Assembly: GCA_964057225.1 (NCBI GenBank)
Contig: OZ059894.1
Location: 21,576,001 to 21,640,000, forward strand
Reading direction: 5' to 3'
Length of the DNA: 64,000 nucleotides
Source of the DNA: Auanema rhodensis
Taxonomy: Eukaryota > Animalia > Nematoda
The notes beneath the pieces were generated by a model, which was not told the DNA's origin, searched no databases, and saw only the letters and a list, made by a program, of their open reading frames with translations. Positions within the stretch are counted from its first letter, which is position 1, and every line of letters begins with the position of its first letter. Made by a program: the position numbers and the translations under genes. Below are positions 51,983-64,000 of this stretch, in pieces.

Positions 51983-54900
51983 TATCAGATTTGCGCTAGC
52001 TTAAAAATGCACCGAGATATCAACTGATATAAGTTTACACTTATATCCTCGATTTTCACCCTGAAGAATTAATTTTTTCGTTGAATAACATTGTCCATCG
52101 TCTTTGCCTTAAAAAATGGAATCTAAAAACATCTACTTTTTGCTAAATTATTTTGAAATTTTTCGAAAAAATTTTTGTCAAAATGTTTTTGGAAGCAATG
52201 TTGAGTGTACATGGAAACTCAACACACACTAATGCATCATTTTTCAAACGATCATAACTAATTTGTGTATTAAGCGTTTCTCAATGTAGTATAGTGCATT
52301 CAATGCGGATTTTTAAGCTGCGTCGATCTGTGTTATCAGATTTGCGCTAGCTTAAAAATGCACCGAGATATCAACTGATATAAGTTCACACTTATATCCT
52401 CGATTTTCACCCTGAAGAATTAATTTTTTCGTTGAATAACATTGTCCATCGTCTTTGCCTTGGAAAAAGGAATCTAAAAACATCTACTTTTTGCTGAATT
52501 ATTCTGAAATTTTTTGAAAAAATTTTTGTCAAAATGTTTTTGGAAGCAATGTTGAGTGTACATGGAAACTCAACATACACTAATGCATCATTTTTCAAAC
52601 GATCATAACTAATTTTTGTATTAAGCGTTTCTCAATGTAGTATAGTGCATTCGATGCGGATTTTTAAGCTGCGTCGATCTGTGTTATCAGATTTGCGCTA
52701 GCTTAAAAATGCACCGAGATATCAACTGATATAAGTTTACACTTATATCCTCGATTTTCACCCTGAAGAATTAATTTTTTCGTTGAATAACATTGTCCAT
52801 CGTCTTTGCCTTAAAAAAAGGAATCTAAAAACATCTACTTTTTGCTAAATTATTTTGAAATTTTTCGAAAAAATTTTTGTCAAAATGTTTTTGGAAGCAA
52901 TGTTGAGTTTACATGGAAACTCAACATACACTAATGCATCATTTTTCAAACGATCATAACTAATTTTTGTATCAAACGTTTCTCAATGTAGTATAGTGCA
53001 TTCGATGCGGATTTTTAAGCTGCGTCGATCTGTGTTATCAGATTTGCGCTAGCTTAAAAATGCACCGAGATATCAACTGATTTAAGTTCACACTTATATC
53101 CTCGATTTTCACCCTGAAGAATTAATTTTTTCGTTGAATAACATTGTCCATCGTCTTTGCCTTAAAAAAAGGAATCTAAAAACATCTACTTTTTGCTAAA
53201 TTATTTTGAAATTTTTCGAAAAAATTTTTGTCAAAATGTTTTTGGAAGCAATGTTGAGTGTACATGGAAACTCAACATACACTAATGCATCATTTTTCAA
53301 ACGATCATAACTAATTTTTGTATCAAACGTTTCTCAATGTAGTATAGTGCATTCAATGCGGATTTTTAAGCTGCGTCGATCTGTGTTATCAGATTTGCGC
53401 TAGCTTAAAAATGCACCGAGATATCAACTGATATAAGTTCACACTTATATCCTCGATTTTCACCCTGAAGAATTAATTTTTTCGTTGAATAACATTGTCC
53501 ATCGTCTTTGCCTTGAAAAAAGAAATCTAAAAACATCTACTTTTTGCTAAATTATTTTGAAATTTTTCGAAAAAATTTTTGTCAAAATGTTTTTGGAAGC
53601 AATGTTGAGTGTACATGGAAACTCAACATACACTAATGCATCATTTTTCAAACGATCATAACTAATTTGTGTATTAAGCGTTTCTCAATGTAGTATAGTG
53701 CATTCGATGCGGATTTTTAAGCTGCGTCGATCTGTGTTATCAGATTTGCGCTAGCTTAAAAATGCACCGAGATATCAACTGATATAAGTTCACACTTATA
53801 TCCTCGATTTTCACCCTGAAGAATTAATTTTTTCGTTGAATAACATTGTCCATCGTCTTTGCCTTAAAAAAAGGAATCTAAAAACATCTACTTTTTGCTA
53901 AATTATTTTGAAATTTTTCGAAAAAATTTTTGTCAAAATGTTTTTGGAAGCAATGTTGAGTGTACATGGAAACTCAACATACACTAATGCATCATTTTTC
54001 AAACGATCATAACTAATTTTTGTATCAAACGTTTCTCAATGTAGTATAGTGCATTCGATGCGGATTTTTAAGCTGCGTCGATCTGTGTTATCAGATTTGC
54101 GCTAGCTTAAAAATGCACCGAGATATCAACTGATATAAGTTTACACTTATATCCTCGATTTTCACCCTGAAGAATTAATTTTTTCGTTGAATAACATTGT
54201 CCATCGTCTTTGCCTTGAAAAAAAAAATCTAAAAACATCTACTTTTTGCTAAATTATTTTGAAATTTTTCGAAAAAATTTTTGTCAAAATGTTTTTGGAA
54301 GCAATGTTGAGTGTACATGCAAACTCAACATACACTAATGCATCATTTTTCAAACGATCATAACTAATTTTTGTATTAAGCGTTTCTCAATGTAGTATAG
54401 TGCATTCGATGCGGATTTTTAAGCTGCGTCGATCTGTGTTATCAGATTTGCGCTAGCTTAAAAATGCACCGAGATATCAACTGATATAAGTTCACACTTA
54501 TATCCTCGATTTTCACCCTGAAGAATTAATTTTTTCGTTGAATAACATTGTCCATCGTCTTTGCCTTGGAAAAAGGAATCTAAAAACATCTACTTTTTGC
54601 TGAATTATTCTGAAATTTTTCGAAAAAATTTTTGTCAAAATGTTTTTGGAAGCAATGTTGAGTGTACATGGAAACTCAACATACACTAATGCATCATTTT
54701 TCAAACGATCATAACTAATTTGTGTATTAAGCGTTTCTCAATGTAGTATAGTGCATTCGATGCGGATTTTTAAGCTGCGTCGATCTGTGTTATCAGATTT
54801 GCGCTAGCTTAAAAATGCACCGAGATATCAACTGATATAAGTTCACACTTATATCCTCGATTTTCACCCTGAAGAATTAATTTTTTCGTTGAATAACATT

Positions 54901-57900
54901 GTCCATCGTCTTTGCCTTGAAAAAAGAAATCTAAAAACATCTACTTTTTGCTAAATTATCTTGAAATTTTTCGAAAAAATTTTTGTCAAAATGTTTTTGG
55001 AAGCAATGTTGAGTGTACATGGAAACTCAACATACACTAATGCATCATTTTTCAAACGATCATAACTAATTTTTGTATTAAGCGTTTCTCAATGTAGTAT
55101 AGTGCATTCGATGCGGATTTTTAAGCTGCGTCGATCTGTGTTATCAGATTTGCGCTAGCTTAAAAATGCACCGAGATATCAACTGATATAAGTTCACACT
55201 TATATCCTCGATTTTCACCCTGAAGAATTAATTTTTTCGTTGAATAACATTGTCCATCGTCTTTGCCTTGAAAAAAGAAATCTAAAAACATCTACTTTTT
55301 GCTAAATTATTTTGAAATTTTTCGAAAAAATTTTTGTCAAAATGTTTTTGGAAGCAATGTTGAGTGTACATGGAAACTCAACATACACTAATGCATCATT
55401 TTTCAAACGATCATAACTAATTTGTGTATTAAGCGTTTCTTGATGTAGTATAGTGCATTCGATGCGGATTTTTAAGCTGCGTCGATCTGTGTTATCAGAT
55501 TTGCGCTAGCTTAAAAATGCACCGAGATATCAACTGATATAAGTTCACACTTATATCCTCGATTTTCACCCTGAAGAATTAATTTTTTCGTTGAATAACA
55601 TTGTCCATCGTCTTTGCCTTGAAAAAAGAAATCTAAAAACATCTACTTTTTGCTAAATTATTTTGAAATTTTTCGAAAAAATTTTTGTCAAAATGTTTTT
55701 GGAAGCAATGTTGAGTGTACATGGAAACTCAACATACACTAATGCATCATTTTTCAAACGATCATAACTAATTTTTGTATCAAACGTTTCTCAATGTAGT
55801 ATAGTGCATTCGATGCGGATTTTTAAGCTGCGTCGATCTGTGTTATCAGATTTGCGCTAGCTTAAAAATGAACCGAGATATCAACTGATATAAGTTCACA
55901 CTTATATCCTCGATTTTCACCCTGAAGAATTAATTTTTTCGTTAAATAACATTGTCCATCGTCTTTGCCTTAAAAAAGGGAATCTAAAAACATCTACTTT
56001 TTGCTAAATTATTTTGAAATTTTTCGAAAAAATTTTTGTCAAAATGTTTTTGGAAGCAATGTTGAGTGTACATGGAAACTCAACATACACTAATGCATCA
56101 TTTTTCAAACGATCATAACTAATTTGTGTATTAAGCGTTTCTTGATGTAGTATAGTGCATTCGATGCGGATTTTTAAGCTGCGTCGATCTGTGTTATCAG
56201 ATTTGCGCTAGCTTAAAAATGCACCGAGATATCAACTGATATAAGTTCACACTTATATCCTCGATTTTCACCCTGAAGAATTAATTTTTTCGTTGAATAA
56301 CATTGTCCATCGTCTTTGCCTTGAAAAAAGAAATCTAAAAACATCTACTTTTTGCTAAATTATTTTGAAATTTTTCGAAAAAATTTTTGTCAAAATGTTT
56401 TTGGAAGCAATGTTGAGTGTACATGGAAACTCAACATACACTAATGCATCATTTTTCAAACGATCATAACTAATTTGTGTATTAAGCGTTTCTCAATGTA
56501 GTATAGTGCATTCGATGCGGATTTTTAAGCTGCGTCGATCTGTGTTATCAGATTTGCGCTAGCTTAAAAATGCACCGAGATATCAACTGATATAAGTTCA
56601 CACTTATATCCTCGATTTTCACCCTGAAGAATTAATTTTTTCGTTGAATAACATTGTCCATCGTCTTTGCCTTAAAAAAAGGAATCTAAAAACATCTACT
56701 TTTTGCTAAATTATTTTGAAATTTTTCGAAAAAATTTTTGTCAAAATGTTTTTGGAAGCAATGTTGAGTGTACATGGAAACTCAACATACACTAATGCAT
56801 CATTTTTCAAACGATCATAACTAATTTTTGTATCAAACGTTTCTCAATGTAGTATAGTGCATTCGATGCGGATTTTTAAGCTGCGTCGATCTGTGTTATC
56901 AGATTTGCGCTAGCTTAAAAATGCACCGAGATATCAACTGATATAAGTTTACACTTATATCCTCGATTTTCACCCTGAAGAATTAATTTTTTCGTTGAAT
57001 AACATTGTCCATCGTCTTTGCCTTAAAAAAAGGAATCTAAAAACATCTACTTTTTGCTAAATTATTTTGAAATTTTTCGAAAAAATTTTTGTCAAAATGT
57101 TTTTGGAAGCAATGTTGAGTGTACATGGAAACTCAACATACACTAATGCATCATTTTTCAAACGATCATAACTAATTTTTGTATCAAGCGTTTCTTGATG
57201 TAGTATAGTGCATTCGATGCGGATTTTTAAGCTGCGTCGATCTGTGTTATCAGATTTGCGCTAGCTTAAAAATGCACCGAGATATCAACTGATATAAGTT
57301 CACACTTATATCCTCGATTTTCACCCTGAAGAATTAATTTTTTCGTTGAATAACATTGTCCATCGTCTTTGCCTTAAAAAAAGGAATCTAAAAACATCTA
57401 CTTTTTGCTAAATTATTTTGAAATTTTTCGAAAAAATTTTTGTCAAAATGTTTTTGGAAGCAATGTTGAGTGTACATGGAAACTCAACATACACTAATGC
57501 ATCATTTTTCAAACGATCATAACTAATTTGTGTATTAAGCGTTTCTTGATGTAGTATAGTGCATTCGATGCGGATTTTTAAGCTGCGTCGATCTGTGTTA
57601 TCAGATTTGCGCTAGCTTAAAAATGCACCGAGATATCAACTGATATAAGTTCACACTTATATCCTCGATTTTCACCCTGAAGAATTAATTTTTTCGTTGA
57701 ATAACATTGTCCATCGTCTTTGCCTTGAAAAAAGAAATCTAAAAACATCTACTTTTTGCTAAATTATTTTGAAATTTTTCGAAAAAATTTTTGTCAAAAT
57801 GTTTTTGGAAGCAATGTTGAGTGTACATGGAAACTCAACATACACTAATGCATCATTTTTCAAACGATCATAACTAATTTGTGTATTAAGCGTTTCTCAA

Positions 57901-57949
57901 TGTAGTATAGTGCATTCGATGCGGATTTTTAAGCTGCGTCGATCTGTGT

Positions 57950-60900
57950 TATCAGATTTGCGCTAGCTTAAAAATGCACCGAGATATCAACTGATATAAG
58001 TTCACACTTATATCCTCGATTTTCACCCTGAAGAATTAATTTTTTCGTTGAATAACATTGTCCATCGTCTTTGCCTTAAAAAAAGGAATCTAAAAACATC
58101 TACTTTTTGCTAAATTATTTTGAAATTTTTCGAAAAAATTTTTGTCAAAATGTTTTTGGAAGCAATGTTGAGTGTACATGGAAACTCAACATACACTAAT
58201 GCATCATTTTTCAAACGATCATAACTAATTTTTGTATCAAACGTTTCTCAATGTAGTATAGTGCATTCGATGCGGATTTTTAAGCTGCGTCGATCTGTGT
58301 TATCAGATTTGCGCTAGCTTAAAAATGCACCGAGATATCAACTGATATAAGTTCACACTTATATCCTCGATTTTCACCCTGAAGAATTAATTTTTTCGTT
58401 GAATAACATTGTCCATCGTCTTTGCCTTGGAAAAAGGAATCTAAAAACATCTACTTTTTGCTGAATTATTCTGAAATTTTTCGAAAAAATTTTTGTCAAA
58501 ATGTTTTTGGAAGCAATGTTGAGTGTACATGGAAACTCAACATACACTAATGCATCATTTTTCAAACGATCATAACTAATTTTTGTATTAAGCGTTTCTC
58601 AATGTAGTATAGTGCATTCGATGCGGATTTTTAAGCTGCGTCGATCTGTGTTATCAGATTTGCGCTAGCTTAAAAATGCACCGAGATATCAACTGATATA
58701 AGTTTACACTTATATCCTCGATTTTCACCCTGAAGAATTAATTTTTTCGTTGAATAACATTGTCCATCGTCTTTGCCTTGAAAAAAGAAATCTAAAAACA
58801 TCTACTTTTTGCTAAATTATTTTGAAATTTTTCGAAAAAATTTTTGTCAAAATGTTTTTGGAAGCAATGTTGAGTGTACATGGAAACTCAACATACACTA
58901 ATGCATCATTTTTCAAACGATCATAACTAATTTTTGTATTAAGCGTTTCTCAATGTAGTATAGTGCATTCGATGCGGATTTTTAAGCTGCGTCGATCTGT
59001 GTTATCAGATTTGCGCTAGCTTAAAAATGCACCGAGATATCAACTGATATAAGTTCGCACTTATATCCTCGATTTTCACCCTGAAGAATTAATTTTTTCG
59101 TTGAATAACATTGTCTATCGTCTTTGCCTTGAAAAATGGAATCTAAAAACATCTACTTTTTGCTAAATTATTTTGAAATTTTTCGAAAAAATTTTTGTCA
59201 AAATGTTTTTGGAAGCAATGTTGAGTGTACATGGAAACTCAACATACACTAATGCATCATTTTTCAAACGATCATAACTAATTTTTGTATCAAGCGTTTC
59301 TTGATGTAGTATAGTGCATTCGATGCGGATTTTTAAGCTGCGTCGATCTGTGTTATCAGATTTGCGCTAGCTTAAAAATGCACCGAGATATCAACTGATA
59401 TAAGTTCACACTTATATCCTCGATTTTCACCCTGAAGAATTAATTTTTTCGTTGAATAACATTGTCCATCGTCTTTGCCTTAAAAAAAGGAATCTAAAAA
59501 CATCTACTTTTTGCTAAATTATTTTGAAATTTTTCGAAAAAATTTTTGTCAAAATGTTTTTGGAAGCAATGTTGAGTGTACATGGAAACTCAACATACAC
59601 TAATGCATCATTTTTCAAACGATCATAACTAATTTGTGTATTAAGCGTTTCTCAATGTAGTATAGTGCATTCGATGCGGATTTTTAAGCTGCGTCGATCT
59701 GTGTTATCAGATTTGCGCTAGCTTAAAAATGCACCGAGATATCAACTGATATAAGTTCACACTTATATCCTCGATTTTCACCCTGAAGAATTAATTTTTT
59801 CGTTGAATAACATTGTCCATCGTCTTTGCCTTAAAAAAAGGAATCTAAAAACATCTACTTTTTGCTAAATTATTTTGAAATTTTTCGAAAAAATTTTTGT
59901 CAAAATGTTTTTGGAAGCAATGTTGAGTGTACATGGAAACTCAACATACACTAATGCATCATTTTTCAAACGATCATAACTAATTTTTGTATCAAACGTT
60001 TCTCAATGTAGTATAGTGCATTCGATGCGGATTTTTAAGCTGCGTCGATCTGTGTTATCAGATTTGCGCTAGCTTAAAAATGCACCGAGATATCAACTGA
60101 TATAAGTTCACACTTATATCCTCGATTTTCACCCTGAAGAATTAATTTTTTCGTTGAATAACATTGTCCATCGTCTTTGCCTTGGAAAAAGGAATCTAAA
60201 AACATCTACTTTTTGCTGAATTATTCTGAAATTTTTCGAAAAAATTTTTGTCAAAATGTTTTTGGAAGCAATGTTGAGTGTACATGGAAACTCAACATAC
60301 ACTAATGCATCATTTTTCAAACGATCATAACTAATTTTTGTATTAAGCGTTTCTCAATGTAGTATAGTGCATTCGATGCGGATTTTTAAGCTGCGTCGAT
60401 CTGTGTTATCAGATTTGCGCTAGCTTAAAAATGCACCGAGATATCAACTGATATAAGTTTACACTTATATCCTCGATTTTCACCCTGAAGAATTAATTTT
60501 TTCGTTGAATAACATTGTCCATCGTCTTTGCCTTGAAAAAAGAAATCTAAAAACATCTACTTTTTGCTAAATTATTTTGAAATTTTTCGAAAAAATTTTT
60601 GTCAAAATGTTTTTGGAAGCAATGTTGAGTGTACATGGAAACTCAACATACACTAATGCATCATTTTTCAAACGATCATAACTAATTTTTGTATTAAGCG
60701 TTTCTCAATGTAGTATAGTGCATTCGATGCGGATTTTTAAGCTGCGTCGATCTGTGTTATCAGATTTGCGCTAGCTTAAAAATGCACCGAGATATCAACT
60801 GATATAAGTTCGCACTTATATCCTCGATTTTCACCCTGAAGAATTAATTTTTTCGTTGAATAACATTGTCTATCGTCTTTGCCTTGAAAAATGGAATCTA

Positions 60901-61459
60901 AAAACATCTACTTTTTGCTAAATTATTTTGAAATTTTTCGAAAAAATTTTTGTCAAAATGTTTTTGGAAGCAATGTTGAGTGTACATGGAAACTCAACAT
61001 ACACTAATGCATCATTTTTCAAACGATCATAACTAATTTTTGTATCAAGCGTTTCTTGATGTAGTATAGTGCATTCGATGCGGATTTTTAAGCTGCGTCG
61101 ATCTGTGTTATCAGATTTGCGCTAGCTTAAAAATGCACCGAGATATCAACTGATATAAGTTCACACTTATATCCTCGATTTTCACCCTGAAGAATTAATT
61201 TTTTCGTTGAATAACATTGTCCATCGTCTTTGCCTTAAAAAAAGGAATCTAAAAACATCTACTTTTTGCTAAATTATTTTGAAATTTTTCGAAAAAATTT
61301 TTGTCAAAATGTTTTTGGAAGCAATGTTGAGTGTACATGGAAACTCAACATACACTAATGCATCATTTTTCAAACGATCATAACTAATTTTTGTATCAAG
61401 CGTTTCTTGATGTAGTATAGTGCATTCGATGCGGATTTTTAAGCTGCGTCGATCTGTGT
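57950..61459 (+). repeat. 5-mer (1755 bp) higher-order repeat x2
   Basis: The rare allele GTTCGCAC occurs in monomers 59003 and 60758. ORFs 58374 and 60129 are 1755 bp apart. Confidence 0.8.
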
Positions 61460-63565
61460 TATCAGATTTGCGCTAGCTTAAAAATGCACCGAGATATCAA
61501 CTGATATAAGTTCACACTTATATCCTCGATTTTCACCCTGAAGAATTAATTTTTTCGTTGAATAACATTGTCCATCGTCTTTGCCTTAAAAAAAGGAATC
61601 TAAAAACATCTACTTTTTGCTAAATTATTTTGAAATTTTTCGAAAAAATTTTTGTCAAAATGTTTTTGGAAGCAATGTTGAGTGTACATGGAAACTCAAC
61701 ATACACTAATGCATCATTTTTCAAACGATCATAACTAATTTTTGTATCAAGCGTTTCTTGATGTAGTATAGTGCATTCGATGCGGATTTTTAAGCTGCGT
61801 CGATCTGTGTTATCAGATTTGCGCTAGCTTAAAAATGCACCGAGATATCAACTGATATAAGTTCACACTTATATCCTCGATTTTCACCCTGAAGAATTAA
61901 TTTTTTCGTTGAATAACATTGTCTATCGTCTTTGCCTTGCAAAATGGAATCTAAAAACATCTACTTTTTGCTAAATTATTTTGAAATTTTTCGAAAAAAT
62001 TTTTGTCAAAATGTTTTTGGAAGCAATGTTGAGTGTACATGGAAACTCAACATACACTAATGCATCATTTTTCAAACGATCATAACTAATTTTTGTATTA
62101 AGCGTTTCTCAATGTAGTATAGTGCATTCGATGCGGATTTTTAAGCTGCGTCGATCTGTGTTATCAGATTTGCGCTAGCTTAAAAATGCACCGAGATATC
62201 AACTGATATAAGTTTACACTTATATCCTCGATTTTCACCCTGAAGAATTAATTTTTTCGTTGAATAACATTGTCCATCGTCTTTGCCTTGAAAAATGGAA
62301 TCTAAAAACATCTACTTTTTGCTAAATTATTTTGAAATTTTTCGAAAAAATTTTTGTCAAAATGTTTTTGGAAGCAATGTTGAGTGTACATGGAAACTCA
62401 ACATACACTAATGCATCATTTTTCAAACGATCATAACTAATTTTTTTATAAAGCGTTTCTCAATGTAGTATAGTGCATTCGATGCGGATTTTTAAGCTGC
62501 GTCGATCTGTGTTATCAAATTTGCGCTAGCTTAAAAATGCACCGAGATATCAACTGATATAAGTTCACACTTATATCCTCGATTTTCACCCTGAAGAATT
62601 AATTTTTTCGTTGAATAACATTGTCCATCGTCTTTGCCTTAAAAAAAGGAATCTAAAAACATCTACTTTTTGCTAAATTATTTTGAAATTTTTCGAAAAA
62701 ATTTTTGTCAAAATGTTTTTGGAAGCAATGTTGAGTGTACATGGAAACTCAACATACACTAATGCATCATTTTTCAAACGATCATAACTAATTTTTGTAT
62801 CAAGCGTTTCTTGATGTAGTATAGTGCATTCGATGCGGATTTTTAAGCTGCGTCGATCTGTGTTATCAGATTTGCGCTAGCTTAAAAATGCACCGAGATA
62901 TCAACTGATATAAGTTCACACTTATATCCTCGATTTTCACCCTGAAGAATTAATTTTTTCGTTGAATAACATTGTCTATCGTCTTTGCCTTGCAAAATGG
63001 AATCTAAAAACATCTACTTTTTGCTAAATTATTTTGAAATTTTTCGAAAAAATTTTTGTCAAAATGTTTTTGGAAGCAATGTTGAGTGTACATGGAAACT
63101 CAACATACACTAATGCATCATTTTTCAAACGATCATAACTAATTTTTGTATTAAGCGTTTCTCAATGTAGTATAGTGCATTCGATGCGGATTTTTAAGCT
63201 GCGTCGATCTGTGTTATCAGATTTGCGCTAGCTTAAAAATGCACCGAGATATCAACTGATATAAGTTTACACTTATATCCTCGATTTTCACCCTGAAGAA
63301 TTAATTTTTTCGTTGAATAACATTGTCCATCGTCTTTGCCTTGAAAAATGGAATCTAAAAACATCTACTTTTTGCTAAATTATTTTGAAATTTTTCGAAA
63401 AAATTTTTGTCAAAATGTTTTTGGAAGCAATGTTGAGTGTACATGGAAACTCAACATACACTAATGCATCATTTTTCAAACGATCATAACTAATTTTTGT
63501 ATCAAGCGTTTCTTGATGTAGTATAGTGCATTCGATGCGGATTTTTAAGCTGCGTCGATCTGTGT
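61460..63565 (+). repeat. Imperfect 3-mer higher-order repeat x2
   Basis: The rare allele CCTTGCAAAATGG occurs in monomers 61811 and 62864 (1053 bp apart), each followed by a GTTTAC/AAAATGG monomer. Confidence 0.7.
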
Positions 63566-64000
63566 TATCAGATTTGCGCTAGCTTAAAAATGCACCGAGA
63601 TATCAACTGATATAAGTTCACACTTATATCCTCGATTTTCACCCTGAAGAATTAATTTTTTCGTTGAATAACATTGTCCATCGTCTTTGCCTTAAAAAAA
63701 GGAATCTAAAAACATCTACTTTTTGCTAAATTATTTTGAAATTTTTCGAAAAAATTTTTGTCAAAATGTTTTTGGAAGCAATGTTGAGTGTACATGGAAA
63801 CTCAACATACACTAATGCATCATTTTTCAAACGAACATAACTAATTTTTTTATAAAGCGTTTCTCAATGTAGTATAGTGCATTCGATGCGGATTTTTAAG
63901 CTGCGTCGATCTGTGTTATCAAATTTGCGCTAGCTTAAAAATGCACCGAGATATCAACTGATATAAGTTCACACTTATATCCTCGATTTTCACCCTGAAG

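Larger units (their letters stand above)
39347..52333 (+). repeat. Satellite variant domain C
   Basis: Variants CCTTGAAAAAAGG with CTGAATTATTTTGA, ATAACTTATT, TTCGTTGCGG, ACACAAATATCC, AATATTGTC, TATCTTGA, TTTTGAGCTG, GCTTTAAA. Confidence 0.85.
1..64000 (+). repeat. Tandem satellite DNA array, 351-bp monomer, ~182.2 copies, head-to-tail, ~69% AT
   Basis: The motif TATC(A)GAT(T/G)TGCGCTAGCTT recurs at 1, 352, 703 ... (351k+1), at 351k after the 1-bp deletion (9126 ... 22113), and at 351k+35 after the 35-bp duplication (22499 ... 63917). ORF-track spacings are multiples of 351 apart from these two shifts. The array runs off both window ends. Confidence 0.99.
52334..64000 (+). repeat. Satellite variant domain D (A-like, grading into B-like from ~59000)
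   Basis: A-type CCTTGGAAAAAGG/CTGAATTATTCTGA and AAGAAATC return at 52334. B-type GTCTATC/AAAATGG appear from 59003, and TATCAAATT and ACGAACATA appear near the end. Confidence 0.75.

Noticed and set aside
425-60320. Repeated 63-aa minus-strand ORF (MKNDALVYVEF...)
   Set aside because: It begins at TTG and is open only where one SNP changes GCTAAATT to GCTGAATT (TAG to CAG on the minus strand). Most monomers carry the stop. The peptide is K/F/I/N-rich from A/T tracts and has no recognisable domain.
1-64000. CRISPR array or repeat-spacer cassette system
   Set aside because: There are no unique spacers, the entire 351 bp repeats, and no cas or integrase gene is present.
1-64000. Giant repetitive protein gene (351 = 117 codons)
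   Set aside because: The ORF track shows nothing longer than 79 aa, so no frame stays open across monomers.

Overview
The whole 64 kb window is one uninterrupted head-to-tail tandem array of a 351-bp AT-rich monomer. It holds 182 full copies plus an 84-bp partial copy, and the first monomer is about 31% GC by hand count. This is satellite DNA, most plausibly eukaryotic (peri)centromeric or heterochromatic. I do not recognise the family or species. All copies share one orientation and differ by only a few substitutions. The 351-bp phase is broken twice: a 1-bp deletion near 8980 and a 35-bp duplicated segment at 22142-22211. I found no credible protein-coding gene, RNA gene, transposon insertion or CRISPR array; the listed ORFs are by-products of the repeat, switched on or off by single SNPs. 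The structure worth attention is in the variants. They define large haplotype domains (1-22176, 22177-39346, 39347-52333, 52334-64000), many short local higher-order repeats (2-, 3-, 4-, 5- and 7-mers), a microhomology junction exactly at the sharpest domain boundary, and several dyad symmetries in every monomer. I see no gene-based novel system here.
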